Source: Nemertoderma westbladi (Eukaryota; Animalia; Xenacoelomorpha). From it: a DNA stretch of 54,774 nucleotides. The stretch is from positions 1 to 54,774 of the forward strand of contig JAUCBJ010003412.1 in NCBI GenBank assembly GCA_032718475.1, read 5' to 3'. The first letter of the stretch is position 1; every line of letters begins with the position of its first letter. This document shows, piece by piece, positions 50,118-54,774 of this stretch. The notes below the pieces were generated by a model. It saw nothing but the letters and a program-made list of their open reading frames with translations. It made no database searches and was not told the DNA's origin. The position numbers were made by a program, and so were the translations under genes.

Positions 50118-51518
50118 TTACTTTTCATAGAATCCGAAACGTCGTAGGACTATTTTGAACAGATGACGAATGCTGACATCGATGATGGTAATCAAGTTAG
50201 CAAACATTCCGGGGTCCAGGTTCAAAGCGTAGGCTTTGGCCTTCGCATATATTTTCCAAAAATCGAGGACAGTCCAGAATGGAATATTCAATAAGTTATG
50301 AGTGGCCTGTTCGGATTCAGCTTTGTCAAGAAGTCGATTCACTAACTCCTTATGCCCTGGATTCTCATCATGATTAAACGATACGACAACCGGCGTTCCT
50401 TTAGTCATGCGTGGAAAGTGTATGAAACTTTTTGGTATGTAGAAAGTTGCCCGAGACAAAAAAGCGACCACTGCAATTTTAGTTACTTGTCTGGAAAAGG
50501 TTTTTGCTGGACAACCTCTCTTATATCCCTGACCAAATGATACAAAGTAACCTTTACCAGGTGTCTCCTTTGTCGGCACTGATTGTGGACCCCAGTCTTC
50601 CCATCTCTCAGGAATGAACTTGTCGCCATCATCCCACATCATATTGTTGCATCCACGTATATCTAACCCAACGGTCTCCCCTTTAGTGAATGTAAGACCC
50701 TTGTAAGTGAATGTTTCAAAAACTTCTCTTGTTGTCTTAGGGAATTGAGGAAACATACGGAGTGACTCATTGACTACCCAATCCAGGTATGTATCATGAA
50801 TTATCTCATCACTGTCTAATTCCTCTGCATTGCGCTCCAAAAGCGGCAACAACTTATCATAAATTCTAGGGATTAAGAGAATCTTTGTCATACAATGCCC
50901 GATGCTTTCCATTATCTGTTGAATCGCAGTATAGAATATCATCGTTCCAATATGCTCAGTAAGCATTACAATGTTCCCATTATCTTCCATGAACTCCCGA
51001 AAATGTCCATCTTCTACCGAATTCAAAACCAACTTCTTTAATTCCTGGTGCATGTCTTGACGGACTTTCTTTGATCTCAATCCTGTCCCAATAAAGACTG
51101 AATTCATGTTTTTTTGAGCCGTGTAAAATATCCGCACGATATCATCTGAGGCTTCTTGATCAAAGACTAGATCTAACATCATTGCAGAAAGCAAATATCT
51201 CACTTCTTCCTGAATTATTGTAGATATTACGCCTATTTTTTGCTTCGAAATTATCCACTCGTTTACCATTCTGTCAATAATGACACCAATCCTTTTAGGG
51301 GTGAATTTAGCTAGAAGATACGATGTAATTTTCAACTGTTGCCTGTATTTTTTACCGTATGGCATCGTCTCTTGGTGGTGGTTTCCGAATGGCCAATGCA
51401 TATAACGGCCCTCTGTTACTATGAAACTTTGTTCATTTAGCCATTGCATTTCCTTTTGATTGAAAATATTAATACAATCTCCAGGTGTAAGATTCCCATA
51501 GTATGGTAGTAACTTCAT
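50118..51518 (-). CDS. Cytochrome P450, intronless, atypical
   Basis: 466-aa ORF with YLDWVVNESLRMFP (ExxR), FIPERW (PERF), heme motif FGQGYKRGCPA and an LPYYGNL hinge at the very N-terminus. Confidence 0.9.
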   Translation of the reverse strand: MKLLPYYGNLTPGDCINIFNQKEMQWLNEQSFIVTEGRYMHWPFGNHHQETMPYGKKYRQQLKITSYLLAKFTPKRIGVIIDRMVNEWIISKQKIGVISTIIQEEVRYLLSAMMLDLVFDQEASDDIVRIFYTAQKNMNSVFIGTGLRSKKVRQDMHQELKKLVLNSVEDGHFREFMEDNGNIVMLTEHIGTMIFYTAIQQIMESIGHCMTKILLIPRIYDKLLPLLERNAEELDSDEIIHDTYLDWVVNESLRMFPQFPKTTREVFETFTYKGLTFTKGETVGLDIRGCNNMMWDDGDKFIPERWEDWGPQSVPTKETPGKGYFVSFGQGYKRGCPAKTFSRQVTKIAVVAFLSRATFYIPKSFIHFPRMTKGTPVVVSFNHDENPGHKELVNRLLDKAESEQATHNLLNIPFWTVLDFWKIYAKAKAYALNLDPGMFANLITIIDVSIRHLFKIVLRRFGFYEK

Positions 51519-52600
51519 GTTTATGGAACGTCAGATAATTTATCAGAAGTATGCCTAACTATTACTAGCTGCTACCTAACTATTATTCGGAACTCCAGCT
51601 TAACTATTATTAATTACATTAAAAATTAAATGAAAAGAACCAATAATGTTTAAACGTTTTAATTTTTACTCAGATTTTATTAGCGAGGATTCTAAGTGGC
51701 CTGATATTTGCTCTGGCCAATATTGGTAAATTGGCCCCCGCCCCGTCTCACTCTGTAATGGGCGCCCATTGCGGATTGGATCCCATAACATTGCCGGTTG
51801 GCCTAGCAACGCAACACCTTCAGGGTTCGCGATCACCTATCTAACTTCCTATTTCATCAGTATTATCAAGACGATCTTTCTGCAGATGTATCACAATTAA
51901 TATCAATGGCTGCGTAATACGTTTCCTCTAATCATCCAACTGTCGCAGATCAGGCTGAAAAGTTCTACAATGGCAGTAGCCTGCATATCGTAATCTTTAT
52001 GCCTGCAGGGCTGATCTGGGCTTTGGTAATTCTCAGTCCTTACCGAGATTCAACATTGCCTTGTTTGTTAAGTAAACATTGGATTTTATGCCATCAACTC
52101 TGCGAAGTATCTTGAGAACTGGTATCTTATGCAGAAAGAGGGCAACAGGGGTGTTCCTTATAGCAGTACATGCTCTAGTAGTACTGCGCGGAATATTTAG
52201 GAAATATTGTGTCAAAGAAAAGTTAAACGGCAACTACCACGAAACACTAAAAATTACATTATTTACGGAATTATTGTTTCCTATACCATAATTATTGGCA
52301 AACAAATAAACCTACGAAATTTGAAAATTTTAAATAAAAATAAATATTATATAGTTAAATACTGTATAATACCTCGTTATTAATATTCGTTATGCTAACA
52401 CGATAAATGCATAAAAGAGAAACAATTAATTGACCGTCTGCGTTCTTGGGTCTGTATCCACAGAAAGTACCTGATAGTTATTGCGAATGGAGTGGAAAAG
52501 GACATAGTAACATAGACCTGGAAGATGTGATATGAAAATATGGTCCTGTATTATTAGTCGAATTCTATAAATTAAAAGTAAGAACATTTATTAGTGTTGC

Positions 52601-52830
52601 TACTACTGTACTACTAACGGGAACGGCATGCTGCATTTTATTACATAATATATTAAGAATGCAGTGCCGGCTTGTCGACAAAATTGTGCAGCCACAACTC
52701 CCTATCACCCATGACATTTGCTAGATCATCCGCATCTTCAAGGCCAGTGTCCTTTAAGATGCGTCTCAAGAAAGTCATGGGCTGTCCACCATGCTTATTC
52801 ACTCCATGAGGTCGCCAAAGCACAGGATTA
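52601..52830 (-). mobile_element. RTE-like LINE 3' fragment, family B copy 4
   Basis: Reverse complement of ~12150-12370 with a degenerate TAG tail. Confidence 0.85.
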
Positions 52831-52948
52831 CGCCCGTCATGTGAAGAATACCAGAATTTCCCTTTTCGGTCGATTTTCTATTGGAATTTTATATATGAAA
52901 ATTGTTTATTTTTTTTAAATTTATCTTTTTTTAAGTGTTTTATAGCAC

Positions 52949-53900
52949 TTAACCCTATTATATTAGTACCGGGCTATAAAATGTTGTACAAATACCGGAG
53001 GGGGGGGGGGGGGGGGGGGGGGTGGGGTCATATTGACCCCCTCCCTCTAAAATCTACAAATTTTTACGAAAACGTATGATTTTTTTGTTTGTACGTAGGG
53101 GTATCACTAGTCTGAATCCGACCGAAAAAAAAAATTTTCGAAGAAATGTACTGGGGTGATTATATTGCAGCACCAAAATTACAAGTAGTGCACAATTTTC
53201 ACAAAATTTGAAAGTTACATTTTTCGGCTGATTGTTTTTCAATGCAGGTTTTCTGGGGCGCAAAATACATTGGAAAATATTTAAAAATGATATGATTACC
53301 ATAAATGGCTGTTTAGTCCTCACTGCGTAGGAAAAAAAATGAAAAAAACAAGTAACCAGCACTTTTCAGTTAGAACACAAAATTTTTAATTCACTTATAC
53401 GATGCTATAAATTCACATTTTCAGGTTTTCTAGGGCGCTGATTCTAATGGAATACATTTCTAATATGCCAGATCATTGCTCTTTGTATTTTTCGGCATAA
53501 TTTGGCAAATTTTGGTACTAGCACCAAATTTCGTACCCATCAACAAAAAGTACAAGTTTGCGATGTCCAGTGTTGTTTTTATTGATTCCATCGGATTCAG
53601 GACCCTAATAAACCCGTATAACCCAAGAAACAAGATGGTACTATCTACTAATCAACTTTGCTTATTTTCCAAAATTTGGTGCTGGCACAACAATTTTCAC
53701 CCACCAGCGAAAAATACCTGTTTGAAAACGCTTATGAAATTTTTACTGATTCCCTTGAATTCAGAACCCTCACAAACCCGTATAACGCAAGAAACAAGGT
53801 GACACAATCAATTGATATATTTTAAGGTTTTCAAAATTTGGTGCTATCACCACATTTTGCACCCACTTACGAAAAATACAAGTTTGAGATGTCTAGTTTT
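52949..53900. mobile_element. piggyBac-like non-autonomous element fragment with ~170-bp internal tandem repeats
   Basis: Begins TTAA|CCCTATT. Units AAATTTGGTGCT...CACCCA...AAACCCGTATAAC.CAAGAAACAAG are repeated across ~53505-53895. Shares sequence with 361-391. Confidence 0.5.
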
Positions 53901-54774
53901 GTAAAAGCTTCTGTGGGATGTAACTGGCCCTTCGCCCCGCAACCCAGTTTTTCCCCCATACGCTAAAATACTCTGAAACCTACTGTAAAGGTTTTTCTGG
54001 GATATGACTGATTTGTTTTCTTTGCTAACCAGTTCCCCCCTCCAAGGCGTTGGAATCCTTTAGGAGGGATCTGAGCTGTTCGATTGGACAGCCGGCTTGG
54101 GAAGGTTGCCCCAGTTACCCATAGCCCTGTGTTGAGTTAGTTCTGATTTCGACCAATCCCGAGCTACTGAACTGAAATTATCCTGTCTCACTGCTGATTA
54201 CATGTGTTGAACGGGATTCTTGGGAAATAAGAGAGCTAAAGTCACGGGACTTTTTGGTTATGATTTTGTTATGATTTAAGACTTTATTATCAGTGTTTTT
54301 AGACCGTTTTGATATAGCGAAATGTTTTCTGCCTTTTTGTAAGAACATTAGTAGGCTAAATTATAGAAAGCATAGCTATTAGCTTAACAATCGCTATTGT
54401 ATCTCAACACTTGCAATCTAATTGTATCTTAACCTACCGTCATACTGCGTTTACTGTTTGTAATTTTGTATCAGTATAATTGGATGTTATTAGTTGAAGA
54501 ATATCAATAATCAACCCACATTTTCCCAATATCCTTGATACACTACAGGTTAGAGAGAAGGGTTATGTACAACAATTGCGACTTTATTATTGTGTTTGTA
54601 GTGAATCTAATGTTGTTTGACAGACACTACCTGAGTCCAGTGCATATCTCTTTATACCTGATCAAAGTCAGTAACTGTCGGCATATCAGTGAGCAGTGTT
54701 GTGCGTTACCGGTAGCGCTCGTGATTGTAAAGTGATTGGATCTGATAATTGTAGAGTGATTGGATCTGATAATA

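Noticed and set aside
53900-54774. Possible LTR at the window end
   Set aside because: No second LTR, PBS or coding region is visible within the window.

Overview
AT-rich animal (invertebrate-like) nuclear DNA dominated by nested, mostly decayed transposable elements and satellites. It is not prokaryotic: no operons, rRNA or CRISPR. Three apparently intact single-exon host genes stand out. They are a divergent rhodopsin-class 7TM receptor (20640-21884 +), a secreted Pro/His-rich decapeptide-repeat precursor with basic cleavage sites (30467-32077 -), and an atypical cytochrome P450 (50118-51518 -) with no N-terminal anchor, a non-canonical I-helix, an insertion in the heme loop and a long C-terminal extension. 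Well-supported mobile elements are: a bounded P-element/THAP transposon with TIRs and an exact 8-bp TSD (4036-7795); several RTE-like LINE 3' fragments ending in (TAG)n; a CR1/L2-like ORF1 plus endonuclease; a tRNA-derived SINE; a DINE-1/Helentron-like element holding a perfect ~1.7 kb (TGAC)n; Harbinger and Academ-like fragments; a GC-rich gag-like block; and two long fold-back palindromes. Family assignments rest on motif recognition only; no database searches were run.
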